Assembly: GCF_009914755.1 (NCBI RefSeq) | Contig: NC_060934.1 | Direction: 5' to 3' (one strand) | Origin: the human T2T-CHM13v2.0 reference genome, Homo sapiens | DNA: 64,000 nt | Translations under genes and position numbers: made by a program | Shown: positions 17,660 to 31,865 of the stretch, in pieces | Layout: each line of letters opens with the position of its first letter | Position numbering within the stretch: the stretch's first letter is position 1 | Notes under the pieces: generated by a model | What the model was told of the DNA's origin: nothing | Databases searched by the model: none | What the model saw: the letters and a program-made list of their open reading frames with translations, nothing else

Positions 17660-18260
17660 ATTAATTAGGGTAGGCTATCTGCTGTAACAAATAATCCCCA
17701 AATCTCAGTGACTTACCACAATAAAACTACATTTTTCTTTCTTTCTCTCTCTCTCTCTTTCTTTTTTTTTTTTTTTTTTGAGACAGAGTCTTTCTCTGTT
17801 GCCCAGACTGGAGTGCAGTGGTGAGGTCTTGGCTCACTGCAGCCTCTGCCTCCTGGGTTCAAGCGATTCTCTTGCCTCAGCCTCCTGAGAAGCTGGGATT
17901 ACAGGTGTGCACCGCCATGCCTGGCCTACATCTTTTATTTATATCATTTATATTTACATCAGATGTTAGGGTTGGTGGGAGGGTTCTGCTCCACACAGCT
18001 CTTCAAATATAGCCCCCTGCCCTCCTGCAGCTGCATTCTACAGGTCCTAGAGAATTCGCTTTAGCCAGCCCACAGATGAACAAAGAGAGGAAGGATGGTT
18101 TTGATGGGCTGGTTCTGGAAGGAATATGTCTACTTCTCCCACATCCCATTGGCTGGAATGTGGTGGCAGGAACGCACCTAACTGCCAGGGAGACTGGGAA
18201 ATGTAGTATAGCTATGTGTCCAGGAGTAGTGGGAAACGGGTTCAGTGAGCACAGTCACCA
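17660..18260 (-). mobile_element. Old MLT1 (J/K-like) LTR interrupted by an Alu right arm (about 17732-17927)
   Basis: gctgtaacaaataatccccaaatctcagtg...cctaactgccagggagactgggaaatgtagt. Confidence 0.72.
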
Positions 18261-18371
18261 AATACCATTAAGTCTCCGTCGCAAATACCAAAAGAAATTG
18301 CTAAGCTAAAAAATACGTAGGCTGGGCACAATTACAATTACCAAAAGAAATTGCTAAGCTAAACAATACTT

Positions 18372-18645
18372 AGGTGGGGATTACGCCTGTAATCCCAGCA
18401 CTTTTGGAGGCCAAGGTGAGTGGATCACTTGAGGTCAGGAGTTCAAGACCAGCCTGGCCAACATAGTGAAACCCTGTCTCTACGAAAAATACAAAAATTA
18501 GCTGGGCGTGGTGGCACGTACCTGTAATCCCAGCTATACAGGAGGCTGAGGCAGGAGAATTGCTTGAACCTGGGAGGCAGAGGCTGCATGAGCTGAGATT
18601 GAGCCTTGTACTTCAGCCTGAGTGACAGAGTGACTCTCTGTCTAC
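18372..18645 (+). mobile_element. AluS-type element with rearranged 5' end
   Basis: Dimer; tail replaced by a TA-rich repeat. Confidence 0.92.
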
Positions 18646-18783
18646 ATATATATAATATATATATTATATATATATAAAATACATATGTCTATATATAATA
18701 TATATAATATGTATATGTCTATATATAATATATATAATATGTATATGTCTATACATATCTATATTATATATAGATATATATAT
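18646..18783. repeat. (TA)n-rich tract with 30-bp higher-order repeat
   Basis: atatataatatatataatatgtatatgtct exact at 18691 and 18721. Confidence 0.95.
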
Positions 18784-18939
18784 CAATAAAGTGATTTGAT
18801 TAACAAGTTTTTTTAAGTAATGGTGATATAATTTAAAATTCTGACCCTTTCTTTAACACTAGCAAATATTAGTGAGAGTAATAGGTATTCTAATTCGAGT
18901 TATTGCTGGTTATCTACACAGCCATCTAAAGTCAAATAT

Positions 18940-19860
<921 letters not shown>

Positions 19861-20010
19861 ATAAAGTCAAAATATTTTTTAAGACAAACTTGTAGTTGGC
19901 TTCTACAAAAGGTTGTAAAAACGTACTGATGAAGACATAGTCCTGGATGAAAGGCTCACTCAGTATCGGGGTTGTGTGTTCTCAATCTGGCTCTTTAAGA
20001 TCTAGAATGA

Positions 20011-20299
20011 GGTTAGGCGCCGTGGCTCACGCCTATAATCACAGCACTTTGGGAGGCTGAGGCAGGCGGATCATGAGGTCAAGAGATCGAGACCATCCTG
20101 GCCCACATGGTGAAACCCCCGTCTCTACTAAAAATACAAAAATTAGCTGGGCATGGTGGTGCATGCCTGTAGTCCCAGCTACTCAGGAGGCTGAGCAGGA
20201 AAATCACTTGAACCCGGGAGGCGGAGGTTGCAGTGAGCCGATACTGCCCTCCAGCCTGGCGACAGAGAGAGACTCCATCTCAAAAAAAAAAAAAAAAAG
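20011..20299 (+). mobile_element. AluSc-like element
   Basis: ggtcaagagatcgagaccatcc; TSD aagatctagaatga. Confidence 0.95.
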
Positions 20300-21342
20300 A
20301 TCTAGAATGATTTAAATTTCACTTTTCCTTTGCTTCTAAGTGAAGTAATAATATACATTGAATACTTAGTTGTATTTTCTGGGGGGTACAAAGAATAGGA
20401 ATTTGATAGAAAACGATCTGTGTGTTCAAAGTTCTGTTCTAGTTCTCTTGTGACATTAGTATCTAATAGGTGTCCTATAAATGATAGGAATGGCTTATCA
20501 CACCATGACTCAAAATTAAACCAAGAAAATCTCTGCAGCACTGTAAATTTCAGCTTCCAATTAACAATTAAAACCTAACAGCAACATCATTGATAGAATT
20601 GACATCATAGGTCCTGCTTTTTTTTCCTGCTGCTTATCTGATAATTATCTGGATTATTTTCTATTTTGCCCTCCCCAGATTGTTTCTGTAGACTACTTTT
20701 GTGTAAATATTTAAAACAACTAACTAGGGTGATGAAAACCTGGGTGTTTTCTAGAATTTTAACCCAAATAGCAGGGGCTTTGGATGTTTGCTTTTGATTT
20801 CGTTCTTTTTGCCAATTTAGTGTTCCCGGGTACAGGTACTGTCAAAATTCAAAGATACTATGAAAAGGAAAAGCAAGTACTGTAGAAATGAGAGTGCATT
20901 TGAACTAAACCTTTAACTGAGAGATCGATTTGGAAACTCGGTTCCTTAATAATGTGATTTTCAACTTTGCTACTTCATCACAGACATACGACAGTACATT
21001 GATATTCTTGGTTTCAAAAATTATTTCCAAGTTAAGCTTCTCTAGGAAGAAAGACTGAAAAATAAAGTTGGGCACAAGCTTGATGCCAGATTATCATGTT
21101 TAACAGCAGAACATCCTCAAGAACCCTTTTCACCCATTCTTGTCTGCCTATCCCAGGGCTAGTAGATTTTGAGTCCGGTAGTGAAGAATGTTTATTTTAC
21201 TTTCTAAAAGATTCAGTAGCATTTAGTGTTTAACTAACAACAGTGCTTAGTGAAATAGGATTACAGTATGTACACAGGTGCTATATGCTAAAAAGTTTTC
21301 CATTCTTGTGCATTGGATTTACATGATTTTCTCCACTGTTCT

Positions 21343-22003
21343 TTGTTTGTTTGTGTTTGTTTGTTTTTGTTTTTGCTTTTTGAGATGGAGTCTCGCTGTA
21401 CCTCCCAGGCTGGAGTGCAGTGGCACGATCTCGGCTCACTGCAATCTCCACCTCCCAGGTTTAATCTATTTTCCTGCCTCAGCCTCCTGAGTAGCTGAGA
21501 CTACAGGTGCACGGCATGACCTTTGGCTAATTTTTGTTTTGTTTTGTTTTGTTTTTTGAGATGGAGTTTCGCTCTGTTGCCCAGCCTGGAGTGCAGTGGC
21601 GTGATCTTGGCGCAATACATCCTCTGCCTCCCGGGTTTAAGCAATTCTCTGCCTTAGCCTCCCGAGTAGCTGGGATTACAGGCACCCACCACCACACCTA
21701 GCTAGTTTTGTGTGTGTGGGTGTGTGTGTGTATGTTTTTTAGTAGAGACAGGGTTTCACCATCTTGGCCAGGCTGATCTGGAACTCCTGACCTTGTGATG
21801 CACCCGTCTCGGCCTCCCAAAATGCTGGGATTACAGGCATGAGCCACTGCACCTGGCCTGTTTTTTTTGTTTGTTTGTTTTTTTAGGGAAGATAGGTTTT
21901 CACCATGTTGGCCAGGCTGGTCTCAAACTCCTGGCCTCAAGGGATCTGCTACCCTGGCCTCCCAAATTGTTGGGATTACAGACGTGAGCCACAACACCTG
22001 GCC
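21343..22003 (-). mobile_element. AluS with a second Alu (about 21530-21858) nested in its linker
   Basis: Right arm, full dimer with (TG)n linker, then left arm. Confidence 0.9.
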
Positions 22004-22242
22004 TCTGCCTTTCTTTGAACACACCTGTAGGCAATAGTTTGAGAAAGTTCCTGAAATAAATCTCCTGCATATTAATTTGAAATTTCTTTGTAGCTGCTTC
22101 TTTCAAAAAAGAAATAAAATCTCTTTACTAGTATCTTTTTAAGGAGTAAAGCCACAGAAATAAGAGCGTGCATTTGAAATCCATCACAAATCTTGCTCAG
22201 TGGATTTACTGTGGGCAGTGGAGAATTTAGTAACTTCCATAA

Positions 22243-22562
<320 letters not shown>

Positions 22563-23139
22563 TGAAGTCATTTTTTAACAAGGACCTCATGTATCATTTA
22601 ACATCTAGCAGCATAGACTACTAAAATACGTAACATTATAAATAATGGACTTTCGAGCCTCTCCTTACCACCCACTGTCGGGTACACATTTATATGGCTC
22701 CATGCTTGTAGCACACACAAAGTGGGAGCCAGCACTGAAATCACTCCAGAAGCCTCCCTGGATCCATCTCCTCATTACAGAATCTCAGTGTGAGCCCGTC
22801 ATTGCTACTAATATCCAACTGTCCCAGCACTCATGCCTCTGCAGTTCTTAACCCCTACAGTTATTCTTGTCTTTCCTACTCTTGGGCCCTATTTTTATCC
22901 CTTTTCTGTTTCTAGGATTTACCCAGCCACCCTCCTTAAGAACCAATTTTTTCCTCAGTATCTTCTCCCTGACTGTCCCTTACCAACCAACCCCTTTTCT
23001 AAATGACTTCTTGTACTTTTACCCTTAAAAAACAAAAAACAGAGAACGAGACCTGTATATCCTTTTCTCCTCCTTTTTTTCTGATTTAAATGAATTAATT
23101 TATTTCTATTAATCTCCTATCAAAGCACCCCATTCTCTC

Positions 23140-23494
<355 letters not shown>

Positions 23495-23778
23495 CTAATC
23501 TGGGTCCCTAGTCCTATCCTTGAACAAGGTGCTTGCCTAAGTTTGTTTTCTTGTCTGTAATTGGAGGGAAATAGCTCCTGCCACATGCAGGTTGCTCAAA
23601 ATCTTAAACAAAATAACATACACCCATTACAAAACCTGGTAGAGTTGGCCCCGATAAACATCATCTATTAATATTATTATTAAAACTCTACTTTCCTTTG
23701 AAATGACATCTGTAGCTTCTGCCCATCTGCATACCTATTCTCTTTTTTCTCAGAATTCAGGATAAAATTAATTGACTA

Positions 23779-24075
23779 GGCCTTGTGCTGTGGCTTATGC
23801 ATGTAGTCCTAACACTTTGGGAGGCTGAGGTGGGAGGATCCTTTGAGCTTAGGAGTTTGAGACCAGGCTGGGCATCATAGCGAGACCTCCATCTCTACAA
23901 AAATTACAAATATTAGCTGAGTGTGGTGGTGCACACCTGTAGTCCCAGCTGCTCAGGAGGCTGAGGCAGGAGGATCCCTTGAGCCCAGGAGTTCAAGGCT
24001 GCAGTGAGCTATGACTGCACCACTGAAATCCATCCTGGGCAACAGAGCCATTTCAAAATAATAATAATAATAATT
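23779..24075 (+). mobile_element. AluJ-type element
   Basis: Dimer, (TAA)n tail; taattga on both flanks. Confidence 0.92.
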
Positions 24076-24091
24076 GATGACAGTGTAATAT

Positions 24092-24775
24092 GGTTGGGGT
24101 TCAGAAAATGATACCCCAAAATGAAGGCCTTAGAAGCAGCTCTCTCTAACCTCATGTCCTCCTGCCTCTGGCCCCTCATTCTAGAAACTGGAATCCCTCT
24201 TCCCCAAGGTGATTCACAGAAGCCAGAACCCCTCATCCCCAAAGCCAAGCATAAAACCTAAAAGTTTGACTCTGCGTGTCCCCTGCCTTTCTGTGTCAAA
24301 ACTGGCGGTAAAGAAATTCTCTGCCCTGCTTTGTTTGACTGTAGGTCATAAGACCCCCATTCCAGAAAGGATCCTGCTCTATACCCAGAAGGAAGGAACA
24401 CTGCACAGAAAAGCCAAAAAGAATCTAAACAGACAGGGCTTGCTCACTTAGTCTATTGGCATTAGCTCAGACCCTTTTTATGCCATCGTAGTATCTCTTA
24501 GGTTGGTGCAGAAGTAATTGCGGTTTTTGCCATTAAAAACCGCAATTACTTTTGCACCAGCTGAATACATGGCGGTCCATACTTTATTGAACCTAAGCGA
24601 AAAAATGGACCGTTTCCCCTGCATCTTTGGGTTTTCATTCTGAAGGCTCCCGGATCACATAAAGTTACGATCTAGTATATTTGTATGCCTTTTCTACTGT
24701 GAAACTGCCTTTTGTCAGTTGATTTTCAGCAAACTTTCAGAGGACGAAGGAGAGGTTTGCCCTTGGCCCCCTACA
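24092..24775 (+). mobile_element. MER39-like ERV1 solo LTR
   Basis: Starts gttggggttcagaaaatgataccccaaaatgaaggcc and ends cccttggccccctaca, matching recalled MER39 ends. Confidence 0.82.
24498..24565. mobile_element. MADE1 MITE (Hsmar1-derived), centre shortened
   Basis: ttaggttggtgcagaagtaattgcggtttttgccattaaaaaccgcaattacttttgcacc; two Hsmar1 TIRs. Confidence 0.95.
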
Positions 24776-25189
24776 ATACCTAAAGGTATGACTCTTTACT
24801 GTGGCAGCTGCTCCAAGCATCATGTTTTGCCAACAGACTCACACATACTAAGTTTATTTCAGTCACAGCAAGTACCAGGGCCAGTTCAAGTGCTCTAGCA
24901 CGGCACTCTAATTCTAAAGAGAAGGAAACGCGGCACCGGGGCAGGAAACAGTGACAAGTGGGAACACAAAAACCAAAGTTCTCCGTATGCAGCATGAGGA
25001 TCCAGAACCCACTGTGACATCAAATTGCCAGAGCACCACCTCCGATTTATTCTTGGGGAAAACCCAAAGAGCTACGGAATGCTCCCTTGTTCCAGACTGT
25101 TCTATGGAGAACTGGGATCTGGGGAAAATGCAACAGTTTCTTTCCGTTTGGGGATCTAGCCCCGAATTTTTTTCATTCAGCCAAACTAC

Positions 25190-25760
25190 CGACAGTCAGA
25201 CAGCGCCTGCAGGAGGGTGTGGCCAGGCAAAAACGCGGGGAACGGCCCCGGACCAGGGTGGGGCGTGGCAAGGGTTTGAAGGGCGTGTCCTACGAAGAGG
25301 TAGGGCTTGGCAAGGACCCACGGGGCGTGTCCTAGGACTCGGTGAGGGCGTGACCTCGGGCCAGGGGCGGGGAGAGAACCAGAGGGCGAAGTGGGAGGGC
25401 ACAGGGGAGACTAAAAAGGCCAGGGAAGTTGGCCTGCCGGAAGTTCCCAGGGAGAAGGCAGCGCGTTGTACCCGAGGTAAGGCTTCTTGGAGTCAGAGCA
25501 GGAGCCGGAACTGTGGGCCCAGTAGGAAGAGTGGGGCCCGACGGCGGAGGCCGCGCGGCCAGGGTTCGCTGCAGAGCTCCACGCGAGGGTCCTGCCGGAA
25601 GGAAGGATTTTCTAGTCGCTGCGCTTGGGCCCTGCCGCCTCTCCTTAAGTGCTTGAGGGACGTTGCAAAGAGCGCCAGTCCCGTGTGGCGCCAGCTCCCT
25701 GTGGCTCGACAGCAATGCCCGGGGGCGTCATCGGGTAGCTGTGCTAAGCCTCCTTTAATA
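25190..25760 (+). promoter_or_regulatory. CpG-island promoter (TATA-less; Sp/KLF and ETS sites)
   Basis: Only GC- and CpG-rich non-Alu block in the window; repeated GGGCGTG/GGGCGG at 25261-25390; CCGGAAGT at 25437-25444, further CCGGAA at 25506 and 25595. Confidence 0.9.
25430..25476 (+). other. Probable non-coding first exon of an unidentified gene or lncRNA (start approximate)
   Basis: Donor GAG|GTAAGG at 25476/25477 just downstream of the GC-box array and ETS sites; no ATG in the exon. Confidence 0.65.
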
Positions 25761-25763
25761 AGC

Positions 25764-26050
25764 TTTTTTTTTTTTTTTTTTTAGATTCAGGGTCTGGCTC
25801 TGCTTCCCAGGCTAGAGTGCATTTGGCGCGATCACAGCTCACTGCAGCCTCGACCTCCTGAGCTCAAGCGAACTTCCTGCCTCAGCCTCCTGAGCTTCCT
25901 GAGTAGCTGCGACTACAGGCACGTGCCACCATGTCCGGTTATTTTTGTATTTTTTGTAGAGAGTGTCTCGCCATGTTGCCCAGGCTGGTTTCGAACTCCT
26001 GGGCTCAATCAGTCTGCTGCCTCGGCCTCCCAAAGTGCTGGCATTACAGG
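25764..26050 (-). mobile_element. AluJ-type element
   Basis: J motifs; many CpGs retained next to the island. Confidence 0.92.
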
Positions 26051-26419
26051 TCTATATTTTTTGACAGTTTATAAAAGCCAATTACCAGCGGTCATATGTC
26101 TGAGTCCTGTGCACTCTTGCTTAATCCACTCTGCAGCCCTGTGAAGGATTCTAGTGATAACGACAAAGCTAAGGTACAGAAAAATTAGGCCACACTGCTG
26201 GAAAGTTTAGAGATGGAAACAAAGTTTAGAGGTGGAGTCTTTCTGACTCCACAGCCAGTGTGCTGTTACTCTCTTAGACTACCTCATTCTTTGTACATCC
26301 CAAGTCAACAGGAACTAAAGGTATACCCTTACATAGGCAGTAAGAGGGGTTGCTGATTTAAAGAACTTTGGACCCAGAAAGAGTAGAGCCCTATTCTAGT
26401 TCTGGTTCCAGCTCAGTGA

Positions 26420-26731
<312 letters not shown>

Positions 26732-26732
26732 T

Positions 26733-27039
26733 CTTGCTTTTTAAGACTAGGTCTCATTATTTCACCAAAGCTGGAGTGCAGTGGTGCTATCACAGCTCAC
26801 TGCAACCTTCACTTCCCCCGTTCAAGTGATCCTCCCAGCTCAGTCTCCCACAGGTGCACACCACCACGCCCGGCTAGTTTTTATTTTCTGTTTTTTGGTT
26901 TTTTTTTTTTTGTATTTTTGGTAGAGACGGGGTTTTGCCATTTTGTCCAGGTTGGTGTCAAACTCCTGGGCTCAAATGATCTGGCTGCCTCGGCCTCCCA
27001 AAGTGCTAGGATTACAGGCGTGAGCCACTGCGCCTGGCC
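26733..27039 (-). mobile_element. AluJ-type element
   Basis: Dimer with extended T linker. Confidence 0.9.
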
Positions 27040-27076
27040 TGCCTGTTTTCTAGACACATTAAGGTGAGTGGTCTCA

Positions 27077-27383
<307 letters not shown>

Positions 27384-28149
27384 CTAGGTCGCTAGTGGAT
27401 GTAATAATCTATGGATTTATGAGGATAAGATCCTGATTTTACCATTTAATGATATTTTGGGCCAGTTTTTTTCCTTTTTAATTGGGCAGCCCTCAAACCA
27501 GAATAGATTGAGAGGGTCTTCCAGTTTTGGGTCATATTTGCTGCTGAAATTACAAGGTAGTCAGGAAGGGTCTGTTTATTCAATCAAAGATCAATAAATG
27601 TGTATTTTGGAGGTCAGTAGCGGAGTATCCAGCCAGAAGGTGGCTAGTGAGACAGGAGGAAAATCAGGACAGTGGCTTTTCTGGAGGGACTTAGGGAAAG
27701 ATCAGTTTCACTGGGCAAATTTCCCCTTCCCTGTGAAGGACAGAAAATACCTTCAATATGGCTAAAGTGAGAAGCATTTCTGAAAAAAAATGCAATTTAA
27801 TATCCTTTGAAGTGTCAGTAAATTTTGAGCCAAATAGAAGCAGAGAGTAAGAGAACACAAAAATAGATCATTTAGAATCTGGAGAAGTACATGACCGTGT
27901 ACTCAGTGCCAGGACTTGGCCATAGGATCCCTGTGACTATTTTAAGTTGAGTAAGCAGCCCTGATGCAAGAATTTTAGAGATTGTCTCAGTTTTAAGCTT
28001 AAAGACAAAATGATGAACTGTATAGCATGAGAGGAGCTTGGTAAATGTCCACCTTTGCTTCCATGTGCAAAGTGTTCATACAGGACATACATACATACAG
28101 GACCCATTCATACAGGAGGAATGTTTATCCTTAAATATCTTCTTTTTAA

Positions 28150-28295
28150 AATATTTATTAGTTTATTTATTTTTGTAGAGATGGGGGGTCTTGTTTTGTT
28201 GCCCAGGCTGGTCTTAAACTCCTGGGCTCAAGTGATCTTCCCACCTCGGCCTCCCAAACTGTTGAGATTACAGGCGTGAGCCACGGCAGCCAGCC
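28150..28295 (-). mobile_element. Alu monomer (FLAM-like)
   Basis: Left arm only. Confidence 0.88.
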
Positions 28296-28466
28296 AACTT
28301 CAAATCTATTAAATGCCCTAGTAAGCCATATAGTAATAATATTGAGAATTTCTGATCAAGCTCGAGTCTGCTCAGTATCCCTATGAACTTGACTGAGGTA
28401 GTTGTTGAATATATTTTCATACATCAAATGTGGCTTTGTTCTGTTTTCTTTAGCTGTTGTTTCTAG

Positions 28467-28786
<320 letters not shown>

Positions 28787-28904
28787 CTTAATAACACTTT
28801 TATAACAAAAGGCTTCTCATTCATAGACATCATCTCTTAAAAAAAAGAAAAAGAAAAAAGAATAAGAAAAATAAAATATCTGGTTCCATTTGGCATAAAC
28901 TGGC

Positions 28905-29320
28905 TCTGTGGTTGTACCTATTTTGTCAAAACAATAACCACCTGAGTACAAATACCTCTGTGCCTGCTCAGCGTGAGAGCTGTGAATGTTAGCCATTTCC
29001 CTGTCTCCTTCCAGGCAGGTATGTCCACGTGACTTGTTTGGCTAACGAAACGCAAGTGGAGTGACCTGTGTCACTTCCAGGTAAAACTGTGTTAAAAGCC
29101 AGTGAAAGATTTGTCACAATCACTTTCCCTCTGCCGCAGTGACCATCCAGATAGAGGCAGTGGTCTCAGCCTGGGTCATAGAGGACAGTGAGCGGAGCCC
29201 CCTGCCTTCCTGTGTTAGACGTATTCGATGAGCTAGAAATAAACTTTTGTTGTGGTCAGACCCTGAGATTCGGGGATTTGAGTGTTACTGTGGCCTAGCC
29301 TGGTCAAGCCTGCGTAATGA
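28905..29320 (+). mobile_element. Old MLT1 (I/J-like) LTR
   Basis: cacgtgacttgtttggc...gtgtcacttccagg...gaaataaacttttgttgt. Confidence 0.72.
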
Positions 29321-29661
29321 ATATTATCAGATAAGCTGCATGTATGCGGGGATTTCTGGCTCTGGTTTACCAGATACCTTGGGAGCTGTGGGGAGGGCCC
29401 TGAAAGAGGCTTGTCCTATGAATCATGCTCCTTTTACTGTGTGGGAGATGGCAGGTGTGCTGTTCCCATCATGCTCCAGTCTGCTTTGTGATTTTAATCA
29501 AGAGTGGCAAAAATGGCATTTAGATGTTTAATTGCATTCTGTAAGGGCAGACCATGTTAAAGTGTAAAATAGGTAAAGGCTGTATGCCTGGAAGGGATAA
29601 GAATCAAGGCTTTCATTTTTACTTTGAAAAACACAATTTATATATTTTTAACAATTTTCAG

Positions 29662-29700
29662 TGCACTTCCAAGTTTTCCAATACAGAGGAATGTTCGTGG
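29662..29700 (+). other. Candidate internal exon, 39 nt
   Basis: Acceptor acaattttcag| and donor TGG|GTGAGT. Confidence 0.4.
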
Positions 29701-30920
29701 GTGAGTTGTGAAAAGATGATTCTTCCCAAATGCAGTTATCAGTGGATACATTTCAGAAATTATTTTGTCACTGAAGGACATTTGAAATGAATCATCCGTA
29801 CTTACCATTGACTAATACGTTTTTTTTCAGGCAGCTTCAAAGAGTATTTTAAATATGATTTCCTGGCTATCTGATTTCGGATCTAAGAGTATCAGACTTA
29901 GGTTTTGCTGTTAATGTCCTAGGGGCAGTGTGTTCACTCTTTTATTCTGAGTTAAACAGAAGGCAAGCCGGGAGCATTGTGCTTTGGACAGAGCTGTGCT
30001 GCATTCTTAGGGGACACTGGCTATAAATCCAGTCTCCCTAGAGGTTAACAATCAAAGTTCTCCCCTTATTATAGTCAGGCGAGTGATATGATGATGATAA
30101 ATTGCTTGGACGTGACTGGCCCAAGCACTAGTGTGATGAATTATGTTGTTCGGGGCATGACCGAAGATCTTCTATTGTCAGCTGGCAATGCTAAGTATTG
30201 GCAGTATTCATAAATAGCCTTTTGCCAATGGTGGTCTCTGCTTTACATATTAAATTCTCTGTTTTCACAGGTTGTGGTTCTTAGTCATCTGTGTCCTCCA
30301 CTGAATTCACTTACATAATCAGCCTTTTTTTTTTTCCTGTTCCCTACTTATTAAACGGGTGGGATGTGCTCACTTGTGTATGGTAAACACTGAGTTCTTT
30401 CTTCACAGAAACTGTTAAAAGAGTAATTATTAGTTCTTTTTACTAAATCCAGAGTAATAGCAACTTATCTTGCAGTGGCTTAATTGGGTAATTATTTGGT
30501 GTGTGAAGAGCACTTTGAAGAGAATATTGGTAAATATTGTTAATTTCGTGCTCTTTTATGTAACTGAAAGCCCATTGCGACCACAAAATCCTTGGTGTTA
30601 CTGTGTACCCACAAAATTTCTTTCCTGATGTGGCTTACTATTTTCCAAATTATTTGTTTGTTGATTTTTAAAAACATTTTTTAAATTTTCATAAATTCTC
30701 AAAGTTATCTCATGTTTATGCCTTGACAATTCGACATGTCTCATCTCCTACATTCTTGCATATCTGAAAGGTTAGATGTTATCAGTCTTGCTCTCTAACA
30801 GTTTGGAGGACAGATAAAGCCCGACCATGTAATTGAGAAATTGAAATAAAGATTTATTTGGTCAGAGCCCATGCCCTGAGCTGTCATCTGATTGCCATCA
30901 GAATTTGTTTAAAAGTGTTA

Positions 30921-31055
30921 GGTTGGCCATGCATGGTGGCTCATGCTGTAATCCCGGCACTTTGGGAGGCCAAGGCGGGAGGATTGCTTGAGCTCAGGAG
31001 TTCAAGACCAGCCTGGGCAACAGTGAGACTCCCATCTCTATTAAATAAGTAAATA
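30921..31055 (+). mobile_element. Alu monomer (FLAM-like)
   Basis: Left arm plus A-rich tail. Confidence 0.88.
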
Positions 31056-31133
31056 AGAATTAGGTTGACTTGCATGTGCCTGGCCAGCTCTTTTGACAGA
31101 TTTTCTTCTCACTTTATAAATTCAGAGCCTGCA

Positions 31134-31476
<343 letters not shown>

Positions 31477-31505
31477 TTAGATTAGATGACCTTGATTACT
31501 CACTA

Positions 31506-31865
31506 TGTTTGTCTTCCTAGGGCTGCCATCACAAAATACTACAAACTGGGTGGCTTTAACAACAGACATTTATTTTCTCACAGCTCTGGCAGCTGGAAGT
31601 CCCAGATCAAGGTGTCAGCAGTGTTGGCCTCTTCTGAGGTCTCTCTCTTTGGCTTGTGGATGGCCGTCTTCCCTTTTATGCATGTCTGGGTATTGATCTT
31701 TTATAGGGACACCAGTCCTATTGGATTGAGACCTACCCTAACAACCCCCTTTTAACTTAATTACTTCTGTAAAGACTATCTGCAAATACAACCACATCCT
31801 AAGGTGCTGAGGGTTCGGGCTGCAACAGACAAATTTTGCAGGGAGATACAACTGAGCCCAAAATG
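31506..31865 (-). mobile_element. MLT1B/C-like MaLR solo LTR
   Basis: tagggctgccatcacaaaatactacaaactgggtggc...ggacaccagtcctattggatt. Confidence 0.85.

Noticed and set aside
24951-25784. Longest ORF (277 aa)
   Set aside because: GTG start, R/G/A-rich composition expected from a stop-poor CpG island, crosses the promoter and splice donor, ends in an Alu poly-T, no recognisable domain
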